DNA of 64,000 nt. Origin: Spirochaetia bacterium. Its GTDB lineage: Bacteria > Spirochaetota > Spirochaetia > SZUA-6 > Bin103. Under the pieces are notes generated by a model that worked only from the letters and a program-made list of their open reading frames with translations, searched no databases and had not been told where the DNA came from. Position numbers and translations under genes: made by a program. The DNA lies in NCBI GenBank assembly GCA_965203515.1, contig OZ241907.1, positions 3,456,001 to 3,520,000 on the forward strand, in the 5' to 3' direction. Each line of letters starts with the position of its first letter. Position 1 is the stretch's first letter. Positions 16,708 to 26,888 of the stretch are shown piece after piece.

Positions 16708-18159
16708 TCACTTTCGCCAGAACGCGGGCGTGAGCAACACGACGACGCTGTACAGCTCCAACCGGCCGGTGAGCATGCCCAGGCTCAGGAACAGCTTCAC
16801 CCCGACCGGATAATGGGCGTAGTTCTCGGCCGGACCGACCGCCCCGAAACCGGGACCGATGTTGCCGACGGTGGCGAGCGCCGTGGAGAACGCCGACAGC
16901 AGGTCGGCGCCGGCCGACGCCACCACCAGCATGGTGGCGATCAGGATGACCACGTACAGGTAGAAGAAGGTGGCGATCGGATAGAGGATGTCCTTCTTCA
17001 GCGGCCGCGTGGCGACGCGCGTGGGGAACACGCCGCGCGGATGGATGAGGTAGCGCAGCTCGTTGGCGCCCTGCTTGAAGAGGGTGATCACGCGCACCAC
17101 CTTGACGCCGCCGCCGGTCGACCCGGCGCAGCCGCCCACGAACATCAGCCCCATCAGCACCGCCTGCGCCAGCTCCGGCCAGCGGCTGTAATCGGCGGTC
17201 GCGTAACCGGTCGTGGTCAGGATCGAGACCACCTGAAAGGCGCCGTAGCGGACGCTGTCGGCGGCCGAGTCGTAGACGCGCCCGTAGAGGCTGACGGCCA
17301 CGACCAGCGTGGCCGCCGCGGCGATCGCCACGTACACGCGGAACTCCACGTTGGAGACCAGCGCGCGGAGCCCGCCGCGGCTGAGCCGGTAGTACAGCGA
17401 GAAGTTGACGCCTGCCGCCAGCATGAAGACGGTGACTGTCAGATCGACCCAGCCGGACTGAAAGCCGCCGATGCTGTCGTTCCGGGAGGAGAACCCGCCG
17501 GTCGCCACCGTGCCGAAGGTGTGCATCACCGCGTCGAGCGGTCGCATGCCGATCACCAGCAGCAACGCAACCTCCAGCGCGGACATGCCGACGTACAGCA
17601 GCCACAGTATCTTGGCGGTCTGGGCGATGCGCGGGGTGAGCTTGTCGACGGTCGGTCCCGGCGCTTCGCTGCGCAGCACCTTCAGGCCGCCGATCCCCAT
17701 GCGCGGCAGGATGGCGACGGTGAGCACGACGATCCCCATGCCGCCCAGCCAGTGCATCAGCGAACGCCAGAACAGGATCGAACGCGGCAGCGCCTCGACG
17801 TCGGTCAGGATCGACGCGCCCGTGGTGGTGAAGCCGGACATCGACTCGAAGAACGCGTCGGCGTAGGACGGGATCGCGCCGGACAGCACGAAGGGCAGAG
17901 CGCCGGATAGCGAGACGCTGATCCAGCTCAGCGTGACGAACAGGAAACCCTCACGGGTCAGCAATACCTCGCGCGGGACGCGGCGGAAGCCGGCGAGCGT
18001 GGCGACGGCGAGCAGCCCGACCGCCGCCGCCGGCGCCAGGAAGGCGGCGATCTGCTCGCCTTCGCCGATCACCAGCGCCAGCAGTGCGCAACCGGCCAGG
18101 CAGCCGACGATCACCAACTGCAGCGCCGCGACCGTCTTGAGGATGGCTCGGACGTTCAA
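16708..18159 (-). CDS. trkH: Trk potassium uptake membrane protein
   Basis: FFESMSGFTTTG, WLGGMG, TVATGGF, TTTGY, GSTGGG, GNIGPG, GRLE. Confidence 0.96.
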   Translation of the reverse strand: MNVRAILKTVAALQLVIVGCLAGCALLALVIGEGEQIAAFLAPAAAVGLLAVATLAGFRRVPREVLLTREGFLFVTLSWISVSLSGALPFVLSGAIPSYADAFFESMSGFTTTGASILTDVEALPRSILFWRSLMHWLGGMGIVVLTVAILPRMGIGGLKVLRSEAPGPTVDKLTPRIAQTAKILWLLYVGMSALEVALLLVIGMRPLDAVMHTFGTVATGGFSSRNDSIGGFQSGWVDLTVTVFMLAAGVNFSLYYRLSRGGLRALVSNVEFRVYVAIAAAATLVVAVSLYGRVYDSAADSVRYGAFQVVSILTTTGYATADYSRWPELAQAVLMGLMFVGGCAGSTGGGVKVVRVITLFKQGANELRYLIHPRGVFPTRVATRPLKKDILYPIATFFYLYVVILIATMLVVASAGADLLSAFSTALATVGNIGPGFGAVGPAENYAHYPVGVKLFLSLGMLTGRLELYSVVVLLTPAFWRK

Positions 18160-19553
18160 GAATCGAAGCGCTCTTCGACCCGGCCGATCGCGTCGGTGCG
18201 GGCGATGATGGTCAGCCGGTCGGCGTCCTGCATGACCAGGTCGGCGCGGGGAAACAGGGTGACGCCGTCGCGGCGCACGGAGACGATCAGCGACTCCTCC
18301 GGGAAGTGGAGCTCCTGGATGCTGCGGCCCGCCATGCTCGCCGACGCATCGACCGTGCTCTCTATGACCTCGGCCTGGCCGCCGAACAGACTGGCGACGC
18401 TGCGCACCCGCCCCCGGCGAACGATCTTGAGCACCGCGCTCACCACGCTGTTCTTGGGGCTGATGATCACGTCCACGCCCAGGCGATTGGCCAGCGTCAG
18501 GTAGTTGTACTTGTTGACCAGCGCGATGGAACGCTTGACGCTGTAGGTCTTGGCGTAGATCGCCGCCAGGATGTTGAGCTCCTGATTGGCGGTGGTGGTG
18601 ATGATCAGGTCATGGTTCCGCAGGGACTCCTCCTCGAAGAACCCCTCCTCGGAGATGTCGCCGTTGATGACGATCGCGCCCGGAAAGCGCTCGGCCAGCG
18701 ACTTGCTCCGGGCGGTGTCGCTCTCGACGATCTTGAGCCGCCGCTTGCGACCGAAGGCGCGCAGCAACCGCAGCCGGCGGCGGCGCTCGCGGCCGTCCAG
18801 CAGGGATTCCGCGACGAAGCTGCCGACGCGTCCGCCGCCGACCAGGATGACTTGGCGCATCCGCAACTTGGGCCGGCCGGCGCGGTCGAAGAGCTGGTCC
18901 AGCACCTCCTCGGACGCGCTGACGTACAGCTCGTCCCCCTCGCGGACCAGCGTGTCGCCGCGCGGCAGGTCGAAGCGCTCGCCGCGCAGCAGCCCGCATA
19001 CCAGGAACTCCATCGGCAGTTCGGCGCGCGTCTGCGCGATCGTGCGGTTGCAGAAGAACGAGTCGCCCACGATCGGCAGCACCCGCATCTCGAGGTCGGT
19101 GTTCTCCAGCATCACCACCTCGCTGGTCACGCCGTGCTCCACGGTCTGCACGATCGCTCGCGCCGCTTCGATCTCGGGATTGACGATGTAGTCGATGTCG
19201 AGCAGAGACCCGTCGAACAGGTGCGAACGCGCGTAGTACTGCTGATTGCGCACGCGCGCGATCTTGAAAGGGACCGAGAACTCCCGCGAAGCCAGGCCGC
19301 AGACCACCATGTTGAACTCATCCGAGTCGGTCAGGGCGATGAAGAAGTCCGCATCCTGGATACCCGCTTGGCGAAGCAGCCGCAGGTCGTTGCCGATACC
19401 GGTGATGACCATGCAGTCGAGGTTGTTGAGCGCGTACTTGGCGGTGTCGGCGTCGCGCTCGATCAGGGTGACGTCCTGATTGTCGGCGACGAGCTGTCTG
19501 GCGAGCTGGAAGCCGGTGGTGCCGGCCCCGACCACCACGATCTTGCGCGGCAT
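18156..19553 (-). CDS. trkA: Trk potassium uptake regulatory subunit
   Basis: Two RCK N/C pairs: VGAGTTG, IARVRN, VGGGRVG, ISPK. Confidence 0.95.
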   Translation of the reverse strand: MPRKIVVVGAGTTGFQLARQLVADNQDVTLIERDADTAKYALNNLDCMVITGIGNDLRLLRQAGIQDADFFIALTDSDEFNMVVCGLASREFSVPFKIARVRNQQYYARSHLFDGSLLDIDYIVNPEIEAARAIVQTVEHGVTSEVVMLENTDLEMRVLPIVGDSFFCNRTIAQTRAELPMEFLVCGLLRGERFDLPRGDTLVREGDELYVSASEEVLDQLFDRAGRPKLRMRQVILVGGGRVGSFVAESLLDGRERRRRLRLLRAFGRKRRLKIVESDTARSKSLAERFPGAIVINGDISEEGFFEEESLRNHDLIITTTANQELNILAAIYAKTYSVKRSIALVNKYNYLTLANRLGVDVIISPKNSVVSAVLKIVRRGRVRSVASLFGGQAEVIESTVDASASMAGRSIQELHFPEESLIVSVRRDGVTLFPRADLVMQDADRLTIIARTDAIGRVEERFDS

Positions 19554-19657
19554 CGCGCCGATGCTACCCGACGGAGGGTCTCGCGTGACAAGTCGCCGCT
19601 GCGCGCCGGCCGGTCCGGGCGAGGATGCCGGTTCGGCGGTCATCTATACTCGATCAC

Positions 19658-20722
19658 ATGAGTCAGAAACCTTGCTACCGGATCGCCGTCTACCCCGGCG
19701 ACGGCATCGGCCGGGAAGTGACGCCGCTCGCCTTCGACGTGCTGCGCGCGGCCATCGGCGACCGCATCGATCTCGACTGCACCGAGTTCCCGTGGGGACT
19801 GAGCCACTGGCTGGAGCACGGCACGCCGACCCCGCCCGACTACATCGAGCGGCTCCGTCCCTTCGACGCCATCTTCCTGGGAGCGGTGGGCGCGCCGGAC
19901 CGGATGCCGGACCCGATTTCGCTGGAGCCGCCGGTGCGCATCCGCCAGTCGTTCGACCAGTACGCCTGCCTGCGGCCGGCGCTGCTGCTGGACGGGGTGC
20001 GCAGCCCGCTGGCCGGCATGGAGCCGCGGGCGATCGACCTGCTGGTGGTGCGCGAGAACTCCGAGGGAGAATACGTCGACCAGGGCGGGCGCTTCCGCCG
20101 CGGCGAGCCGGACGAGGTCGCCGTGCAGTCGGCGATTCACACCCGCGCCGGCGTGACCCGCATCCTGCGCTTCGCGCTGGAGCAGGCGCGCGCCCGCCGG
20201 CAGCACCTCACCATGGTGACCAAGTCCAACGCCCAGAAGTACAGCTTTCTGCTCTGGGAGGAGGTGCTCGACGAGCTCGTCCCCGAGTACCGGGACGTGC
20301 GCACCGACCGGCTGTACGTCGACGCCGCGGCCATGGACCTGGTGCGCCGGCCGCGCGACTTCGACGTGATCGTCTCGTCCAACCTGTTCGGCGACATCCT
20401 GTCGGACCTGGCGGCGATGGTGGTCGGCGGCCTGGGCATGGCGCCGAGCGCCAACATCCGGCCCGACCGGGGCGCGCCGTCGATGTTCGAGCCCGTGCAC
20501 GGTTCGGCGCCGGACATCGCCGGCAAGGGGATCGCCAACCCCACGGCCGCCATCCTGAGCGCGGCGATGATGATCGAGTGGCTCGGTCACGCCGAGCCGG
20601 CGGAGCGGATGCGCGCAGCCTGCGAGCGGGTGCTGGCCGGCGGCGCCGGCACGCCGGACATCGGCGGGACCCTGAGCAGCGCTCAGTTTGCCGGCCGGGT
20701 GGCGGAACGGGTCGGCGACTGA
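19658..20722 (+). CDS. Tartrate/isopropylmalate dehydrogenase family beta-decarboxylating dehydrogenase
   Basis: PGDGIG, VRENSEGEY, TKSNA, NLFGDILSD, FEPVHGSAPDIAGKGIANP. Confidence 0.93.
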   Translation: MSQKPCYRIAVYPGDGIGREVTPLAFDVLRAAIGDRIDLDCTEFPWGLSHWLEHGTPTPPDYIERLRPFDAIFLGAVGAPDRMPDPISLEPPVRIRQSFDQYACLRPALLLDGVRSPLAGMEPRAIDLLVVRENSEGEYVDQGGRFRRGEPDEVAVQSAIHTRAGVTRILRFALEQARARRQHLTMVTKSNAQKYSFLLWEEVLDELVPEYRDVRTDRLYVDAAAMDLVRRPRDFDVIVSSNLFGDILSDLAAMVVGGLGMAPSANIRPDRGAPSMFEPVHGSAPDIAGKGIANPTAAILSAAMMIEWLGHAEPAERMRAACERVLAGGAGTPDIGGTLSSAQFAGRVAERVGD

Positions 20723-20742
20723 GCGTTCCGCAGCGGCCCGCC

Positions 20743-21324
20743 ATGGACCGAGTGGAGCGCCTGCGCGCCGAGCTGACCGAGGCGCGCCGGCTGGCGCGGA
20801 CCGACCCGCTGACGCGGGCGTGGAACCGGCGCGCGATCGTCGAGCTGCTGCGCCGCGAGCTGGAACGCACCCGGCGGGAGGGCGGCCGCGTGGGGGTGCT
20901 GTTCATCGACCTGGACCGCTTCAAGCGGATCAACGACACCTGCGGGCACGCCGCCGGCGACGCCGTGCTGCGCGAGGCGGCGGAACGCATACGCGCGGTG
21001 GTGCGCCCCGACGATCCGGTCGGCCGCTACGGCGGCGACGAGTTCGTGGTGATCGTCGCGGGAGCGGGAGTCGAGCGCGGCGCGGTACGGGCGGCCGCGG
21101 CGATCGCCGCCGGCCTGCGCCGCCGGCCGGTCGCCAAGTCCGTCGGTGAGGGTGAGGTGCGGGTGACCGCCAGCATCGGCGTGGCCGTCGCGCCCCCCGG
21201 CGCGCGCGACCCGGAACGCCTGATCGCCGCAGCCGACCGCGCCATGTACGCAGCCAAACACGCAGGCGGCGACGCCGTGGAGCGAGCCGGTTCCGCACGC
21301 CTTCGGCCAGCAGGTCGGCGATGA
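20743..21324 (+). CDS. Stand-alone diguanylate cyclase (GGDEF)
   Basis: TDPLT, DLDRFKRIND..GH..GD, RPDD I-site, RYGGDEF, ADRAMYAAK; no sensor domain. Confidence 0.92.
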   Translation: MDRVERLRAELTEARRLARTDPLTRAWNRRAIVELLRRELERTRREGGRVGVLFIDLDRFKRINDTCGHAAGDAVLREAAERIRAVVRPDDPVGRYGGDEFVVIVAGAGVERGAVRAAAAIAAGLRRRPVAKSVGEGEVRVTASIGVAVAPPGARDPERLIAAADRAMYAAKHAGGDAVERAGSARLRPAGRR

Positions 21325-21485
21325 TCGGCAGTTGGGCGGTGGTCTTTCCCGACCTGGCACGGGCCGCGCACCGCCACGATCGCGTTCAGGCGACCGCCTT
21401 CCAGACGACGCCGGCGGCCACGACGCCGGCGAACGCGATGCCGAGATAGCGCGTTCGGAGTATGATGGGCGGCGGCGGATCACGG

Positions 21486-22316
21486 ATGGCTTACGCGGCA
21501 GGCACGGCAGGCACGGCACTCGCTCCGGTTGCTCCGGTCGAGATCGATTACCCCAGTTCGGACGGTGAGCCTTTGGCGGAAAGCTATTTTCAACTCATTC
21601 CTCTGGTCTACGCCTTCGACGCGCTGCGGCGCCGCTATGCCGACCGCGAAGACGTGTTCGTGGCGGCCGATCTGCTGATCTACTACCGGAGGGGGACCAG
21701 GGAGTCGGTAGCGCCCGATGTGTTCGTGGTACTCGGGGCGGAGAATCGGCCGCGCCACTCGTACCTGTTGTGGCAGGAGCCGAAGGGGCCGGACTTCGTG
21801 CTGGAGATCACCTCGGCGAGCACCCGGGAAAAGGATCAGGGACCGAAGCGAGCGACGTACCGGCGGTTGGGAGTGCGGGAGTATTGGCAGTACGACCCGA
21901 CGGGGGACTATCTGGCGCCGCCGTTGCAGGGGTTGGAGTTGATCGGGGGCAGGTACGAGCGGCTGCCGGCGGAGAAGTTGGCGGACGGGACGCTGCGGCT
22001 GGAGAGCAAGGTGCTGGGGCTGGAAGTGCGGCAGGAGGCGGAGGGGCTGCGGTTGTACGATCCGGTGACGCGGAGCTACCTGCTGTCGTCGGACGAAGAA
22101 CAACAAGGGCGGCTGCGGGCGGAGCAGCGGTGGCAGCTGGAAGCCGCCGCCCGCCGCCAAGCGGAAGCCGCCCAGAGCCAGGCGGAAGCCCGATTCCATG
22201 ACGAGGCCGCCGCCCGCCGCCAGGCGGAAGCCGCTCAGCGCCAGGCAGAAGCGCGCATCGCCGCGCTTGAGGCGCTGCTCCGCGAGCGGGGCGAGAACGA
22301 CACGCCAAGCAGATAA
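21486..22316 (+). CDS. Uma2 (DUF820) family endonuclease
   Basis: YPSSDGEPLAES, APDVFVV, PDFVLEITS, GVREYWQYDP; coiled-coil tail. Confidence 0.92.
   Translation: MAYAAGTAGTALAPVAPVEIDYPSSDGEPLAESYFQLIPLVYAFDALRRRYADREDVFVAADLLIYYRRGTRESVAPDVFVVLGAENRPRHSYLLWQEPKGPDFVLEITSASTREKDQGPKRATYRRLGVREYWQYDPTGDYLAPPLQGLELIGGRYERLPAEKLADGTLRLESKVLGLEVRQEAEGLRLYDPVTRSYLLSSDEEQQGRLRAEQRWQLEAAARRQAEAAQSQAEARFHDEAAARRQAEAAQRQAEARIAALEALLRERGENDTPSR
22140..22265 (+). repeat. Imperfect 63-bp tandem duplication in the Uma2 coiled-coil tail
   Basis: EAAARRQAEAAQSQAEAR and EAAARRQAEAAQRQAEAR encoded 63 nt apart. Confidence 0.8.
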
Positions 22317-22429
22317 CGCCCGGCGCCCGCCGGGTGGTCCCGGCTGGCAGTCGCTAACACACTTTTGGAAGTGCGCTTGGCGCTTGCATTGTCTTTCGGC
22401 CGCGCCCCGGTGCGGCTATACTGTGCCGC

Positions 22430-23311
22430 ATGGACTCGCCGTCGTTCCCGGCCGGTCGCTCCGCGCCTGACGCGCACGCCGCCGAGCCCGTCGCAGCACG
22501 GCCGGCGCTGGAAGTGGTCCCGGGTCCCGCCCGATCTCCGGCGCAACGGCCCGCGCGGCCGCTGGCGAGCGCGCCGCCGGAGCCCTCCGCCCCGGCGCCC
22601 GCCTTCGACCTCGAATCCCTGGTGACGGAGGACGATACGCCGGTGGACAACATGCCCTCCGAGAAGCAGCAACGCCTGCTCACCGAGCCGTTGTACGGCC
22701 CCGGCGCCGGGCGCCCGTTTCTGGCCGCCGCCAACGTTGGCGTGTTCCCCGAACCGCGCAATCCGGCGATCGTGCCGGACATGTTCCTGAGTCTGGACGT
22801 GCAGGTGAACCCGGACTGGTGGGACACGAGGCACCGCTCCTATTTCGTGTGGGAGTTCGGCAAGGTGCCGGACCTGGTGGTGGAAGTCGTGTCGAACCAG
22901 AAGGGGAACGAGGTCGGCGGGAAGCGGCTGCGCTACGCGCGGATGGGGGTCGGCTACTACGTGATTCAGGATCTGTTTCATCGGGTGATGCGCGATGACC
23001 TGCGCGTCTACCGGTTGAGCGGCCGCAGATACGTGCGTCAGGGGCGGCCCTGGTTCCCGGAGCTGGGGCTGGGGATGACGCTGTGGGAGGGGTTGTTCGA
23101 GGGCGTGCGCAGCCGGTGGCTGCGCTGGACGGACGCGCATGGCGAGTTGATTCCGACGGGCAAGGAAGCGGCCGAGCGGGAACGCGGGCGCGCGGAGCAG
23201 GAACGGCGGCGTGCCGAGCAGGAGCACGGGCGCGCGGAGCAGGAGCGGCAGCGCGCTGACCGGCTGGCGGCGGTGCTGCGCCGGGCCGGCATCGACCCGG
23301 AGCAGGCGTGA
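22430..23311 (+). CDS. Uma2 (DUF820) family endonuclease
   Basis: EDDTPVDN, PDMFLS, PDLVVEVVS, GVGYYVI, WLRW; RAEQExx heptad repeats at the C-terminus. Confidence 0.9.
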   Translation: MDSPSFPAGRSAPDAHAAEPVAARPALEVVPGPARSPAQRPARPLASAPPEPSAPAPAFDLESLVTEDDTPVDNMPSEKQQRLLTEPLYGPGAGRPFLAAANVGVFPEPRNPAIVPDMFLSLDVQVNPDWWDTRHRSYFVWEFGKVPDLVVEVVSNQKGNEVGGKRLRYARMGVGYYVIQDLFHRVMRDDLRVYRLSGRRYVRQGRPWFPELGLGMTLWEGLFEGVRSRWLRWTDAHGELIPTGKEAAERERGRAEQERRRAEQEHGRAEQERQRADRLAAVLRRAGIDPEQA

Positions 23312-23380
23312 GCGCGCGCCGCCCGGCGTTCGAAAAGCGCGCCGGACGCGCCGCGGGCGCCGTTGCGGTGGACCGCGTCG

Positions 23381-24346
23381 TCAGGTCCCGCCGCCGCCCG
23401 CCGCGGCTGCGCCGTTGGGTCGGCTCCTGAGCTGCCGGTACTCCTGCTCGCCGATCCCGGTCGCCCGCTCGATCACCGACCAGTCGACGCCGGTCCGCAG
23501 GAAGCCGTCGATCGTCTCCAACCGCCCCTCGCGCCGGCCTTCGCTCCGGCCCTCCTCGCGCCCTTCCCGGCGCAGCCGCTCGCCGCTCGTCATCATCTCG
23601 CCTCCTGCCGCCGTGCGGCTCAGTAGCTCGCCCATCTCCTCGGGCGTGTCCTCAGGTCCCGTCTCCAGCATATACCGCACGAACATCTTCATGTCGTCCT
23701 GCCCGACGCTCCCTTCCCGCTCCAGGTCGCCCAGCAGCGGCCGCATCCGCTGCCGCGCCTCCCGGACCTCGCGGTCGAAGGCATGCATCATCGTCAGTTG
23801 CAGCAAGCGCGCCCGGACGCTGCCGGCCGCCTGCGCCGGCGACACCTGGGTCTGGTCGAACAGCAGGTGCTCGAACCGGGGCAGCCACGGCCAGTCCCGC
23901 GTTGCAGCCGGGAACAGGTCGGCGAACTGCGGGGAGTGCTGCCAGCCGGTGGGACCCTGGTAGAAGACCAGCGGCAGGATCGGGCGCAGGTAGCGTGCGT
24001 CCTTGTGGACCTGTCGGTCGCGCTCCCAGATGCGGCAGCAGTAGCCGAGCAGGCGCAGGCGCAGCCAGTAGTCCGGGGTGGACTGATGCTCGAACAGCAG
24101 GTAGAGCCAGAGCGGAGCCTGCGCGGTGCCGGGTTCGGCGTAGCGGATCTCGAACAGCAGGTCGGAAGCGGCGCCGCGCAGGTCCGGGGTGACGAAGGAG
24201 GCGGGGCGCCGCTTGAGCGTGGGCCAGTGCAGGGAGCGGCTGAGCCGCCGGGGCAGCCGGGCTTGCAGGAATGACGCGGCTTCCGCCGGGGCGCCGAACA
24301 CCCGCTTGAACAGATGGTCGTGAGGCTGGTGGATCGCCATGCCCAT
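23381..24346 (-). CDS. Rpn (YhgA-like) recombination-promoting nuclease / putative transposase
   Basis: QPHDHLFK, SDLLF, YLLFEHQS, PLVFYQG, EGR repeats. Confidence 0.93.
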   Translation of the reverse strand: MGMAIHQPHDHLFKRVFGAPAEAASFLQARLPRRLSRSLHWPTLKRRPASFVTPDLRGAASDLLFEIRYAEPGTAQAPLWLYLLFEHQSTPDYWLRLRLLGYCCRIWERDRQVHKDARYLRPILPLVFYQGPTGWQHSPQFADLFPAATRDWPWLPRFEHLLFDQTQVSPAQAAGSVRARLLQLTMMHAFDREVREARQRMRPLLGDLEREGSVGQDDMKMFVRYMLETGPEDTPEEMGELLSRTAAGGEMMTSGERLRREGREEGRSEGRREGRLETIDGFLRTGVDWSVIERATGIGEQEYRQLRSRPNGAAAAGGGGT

Positions 24347-24435
24347 TACTACGGGCCGGCCGTCCGTGCCGCTTCACTCGGCGGCGTCCGGCCCGGTACG
24401 CAGGGGTTTCGTCCTGCGTGCCCCGCCCGCGGCTC

Positions 24436-24463
24436 TTGACAGGAATCGCGGGGACGATACTTT
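24436..24463 (+). promoter_or_regulatory. Putative sigma70 promoter for the lipoprotein pair
   Basis: Consensus TTGACA at 24436-24441, then TACTTT at 24458-24463 (16 nt spacer) within an AT-rich patch. Confidence 0.6.
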
Positions 24464-24485
24464 AACTTATTAGGAGAAGTAGTGA

Positions 24486-24506
24486 CCCCCCCCCCCCCCC
24501 CCCCCC
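24486..24506 (+). repeat. C21 homopolymer tract (candidate slipped-strand switch)
   Basis: 21 consecutive C following AGGAG-N5-GTG A. Confidence 0.95.
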
Positions 24507-24581
24507 AATGAAACGGAAATTCGAGCCGACCGCGGCGGCCTGCGGCCGGCGCGCCCAGAGCGCCCAGGAGGAAGGAATCAC

Positions 24582-26888
24582 GTGGCACGGAAGGATAGAG
24601 GAAGAAGGATGAGCGGCAAGGCCGCGCTGCTGGCGGTGGCGGCGGTCATCGGCATCGCCCTGCTGGCGGCGTGCCAGCAGACGGCCCGGCCGGGCGCGAC
24701 CGGCACCGGCGGCGCGGGCGCCGGCGGCGCGGGGAACGGAGGCGCCGGCGGCAATGGGGGCAATGGCGGGTCGCCGACCACGCCGGCCCCGACTCCGGCG
24801 GCGGCCGAGCAGCGCTGGGACATCGGGGATGATGCCTGGTCATCGGCGCTGCCGCTGCCTGACGCAGCGGACCCGAGCGCCTTGACGATCCGCTCCGAGC
24901 CGTTCGCCTGGGACGGGCTCACCGGCGCCGAGGGCGAGAAGGTGACCGTGTCGATCGGCGGCAACGAGCTGCCGTTCACGAGCACCGCGACCGCGCCGAC
25001 CTTCGCCGACGACATCTCAGGCGCGCAGTGGACGGTTGGCGCCGAAGTGAGCGCGGGCGCGATCGTGCTGGTGCTCACCGCCCCGGATCAGTCGGGCGCC
25101 TCGGACACCGTCGCGTCGGTCAGGATCAACGAGCGGGGCAGCGGCTACACCTCGGCGCCCACCGTGACCCTTTCGGCGCCGCCGGCCGGCGGCACCCCGG
25201 CAACCGCCGACGTAGCGGGCGGCGGCGGCGTCGGTTCGGTGAACGTCACGACCGACGGCGCCGGCTACACCTCGGCGCCCACCATCTCCTTTTCCGGCGG
25301 CGGCGGCAGCGGCGCGGCCGCCACCGCGGACCTCAGCGGCAGCGTCACTTCGGTGACGGTCGATACCGCCGGCAGCGGCTACACCTCGGCGCCCACCGTC
25401 TCCTTCTCGGCGGCGCCGGCCGGCGGCACCGACGCGGCCGGCACCGCGGCGCTCAGCGGCCGCGTCGCTGACGTGACGCTCGATACCCGGGGAGCGGGCT
25501 ACACGTCGGCGCCCACGGTCTCCTTTACGGGCGGCGGCGGCAGCGGCGCGGCCGCCGCCGCGACGACCAGCGGCAGCGTCACTTCGGTGACGATGGGGAC
25601 CGCCGGCAGCAGCTACACCTCGCCCCCCGCCGTGAGCTTTTCGGGCGGCGGCGGCAGCGGCGCGACCGGCGACGCGACCGGGCCCGACCGGGTCGCGTCC
25701 ACGGTGCGGAACGGATTGGCCGCCAACAATGGCTACGGCAGCGGCTACACCTTGAGGCCCACCGTGACCTTCTCGGCGCCGCAACGGGCCGGCGGCACCA
25801 CCGCGACCGGCACCGCATGGGGGCCCGACGCCGTCCGCAGGGTCGTGATGACCGCCTGCGGCAGCCTCTACACGACGCCGCCCACCGTGACCTTCTCGGC
25901 GCCGCCGACCGGCGGCACCACCGCGACCGGCACCACGCTCATCTATGCAGCCGGGTCGGGGCCGACGGGGTGCACCCAGAACGGCGTCCAAAGAATAAAT
26001 ATGGCGAACCGGGGAGCGGGTTACACCTCGGACCCCACGATCACCTTTGGCGGCCCCGGCAGCGGAGCCGCCGCTACCGCGTCAAGGTACCCGAGCGTGC
26101 AACGGGTCGACGTCACCAACGCCGGGAGCGGCTACACCTCGCGCCCCACGATCACCTTTACCGGCGGCGGCAGCGGCGTCACCGCGGCCACCTACGTCGC
26201 GGTGATGGGCGCCACCGTCACCGGGGTGACGGTCACCAGCGGGGGAAGCGGCTACACCTCCGCGCCCACCGTGGGCTTTTCCGGCGGCGGCGGCAGCGGG
26301 GCGACCGCCACCGCGGTAATATCCCAGGCGGTGGACGACGTGCAGGTCTCCAGCGGCGGCAGCGGCTACACCTCCGCGCCCACCGTGGGCTTTACGGCGG
26401 CGCCGAGCGGCGGCACCACCGCGACCGGCACCGCGGTGATGAACTACGGGGTCGCCTCGGTGACGCCCGGGACCGCGGGGAGCGGCTACCCCTCGGCGCC
26501 CACCGTCTCCTTTTCCGGCGGCGGCGGCGGCAGCGGGGCGACCGCCACCGCGGTGATGGCCTACGCCGTCCCGTCGGCGACGGTCACCAACCCCGGCAGC
26601 TACACCTCGGCCCCGACCGTCTCCTTCGCGGCGGCGCCGACCGGCGGCACCAGGGCGGTCGGCACCGCGGTCTTCGAATACGTCATCCGGTCGGTGGAGA
26701 TCACCAACGGCGGGAGCGGCTACGCGACCGCCCCGACCGTGACCTTTACGGCGCCGACGAGCGGCACCACCGCGACCGGCACCGCCATCCTGGCGACGGG
26801 CGGCAACGATCCGAGCCAGAACCTGTTCTGGGCGCGCCAGACCCTGGCCGGCCGGCAGCTTCGGGTGCAGGTAGGAGGAGAAGAGTGA
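24582..26888 (+). CDS. Gly/Ser/Thr-rich repeat surface lipoprotein, copy 1 (14 [10 protein letters not shown] repeats)
   Basis: Signal peptide with lipobox LLAA-C; 14 repeats of about 40 aa. The true start may be GTG 24482, upstream of the C tract. Confidence 0.85.
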   Translation: MARKDRGRRMSGKAALLAVAAVIGIALLAACQQTARPGATGTGGAGAGGAGNGGAGGNGGNGGSPTTPAPTPAAAEQRWDIGDDAWSSALPLPDAADPSALTIRSEPFAWDGLTGAEGEKVTVSIGGNELPFTSTATAPTFADDISGAQWTVGAEVSAGAIVLVLTAPDQSGASDTVASVRINERGSGYTSAPTVTLSAPPAGGTPATADVAGGGGVGSVNVTTDGAGYTSAPTISFSGGGGSGAAATADLSGSVTSVTVDTAGSGYTSAPTVSFSAAPAGGTDAAGTAALSGRVADVTLDTRGAGYTSAPTVSFTGGGGSGAAAAATTSGSVTSVTMGTAGSSYTSPPAVSFSGGGGSGATGDATGPDRVASTVRNGLAANNGYGSGYTLRPTVTFSAPQRAGGTTATGTAWGPDAVRRVVMTACGSLYTTPPTVTFSAPPTGGTTATGTTLIYAAGSGPTGCTQNGVQRINMANRGAGYTSDPTITFGGPGSGAAATASRYPSVQRVDVTNAGSGYTSRPTITFTGGGSGVTAATYVAVMGATVTGVTVTSGGSGYTSAPTVGFSGGGGSGATATAVISQAVDDVQVSSGGSGYTSAPTVGFTAAPSGGTTATGTAVMNYGVASVTPGTAGSGYPSAPTVSFSGGGGGSGATATAVMAYAVPSATVTNPGSYTSAPTVSFAAAPTGGTRAVGTAVFEYVIRSVEITNGGSGYATAPTVTFTAPTSGTTATGTAILATGGNDPSQNLFWARQTLAGRQLRVQVGGEE

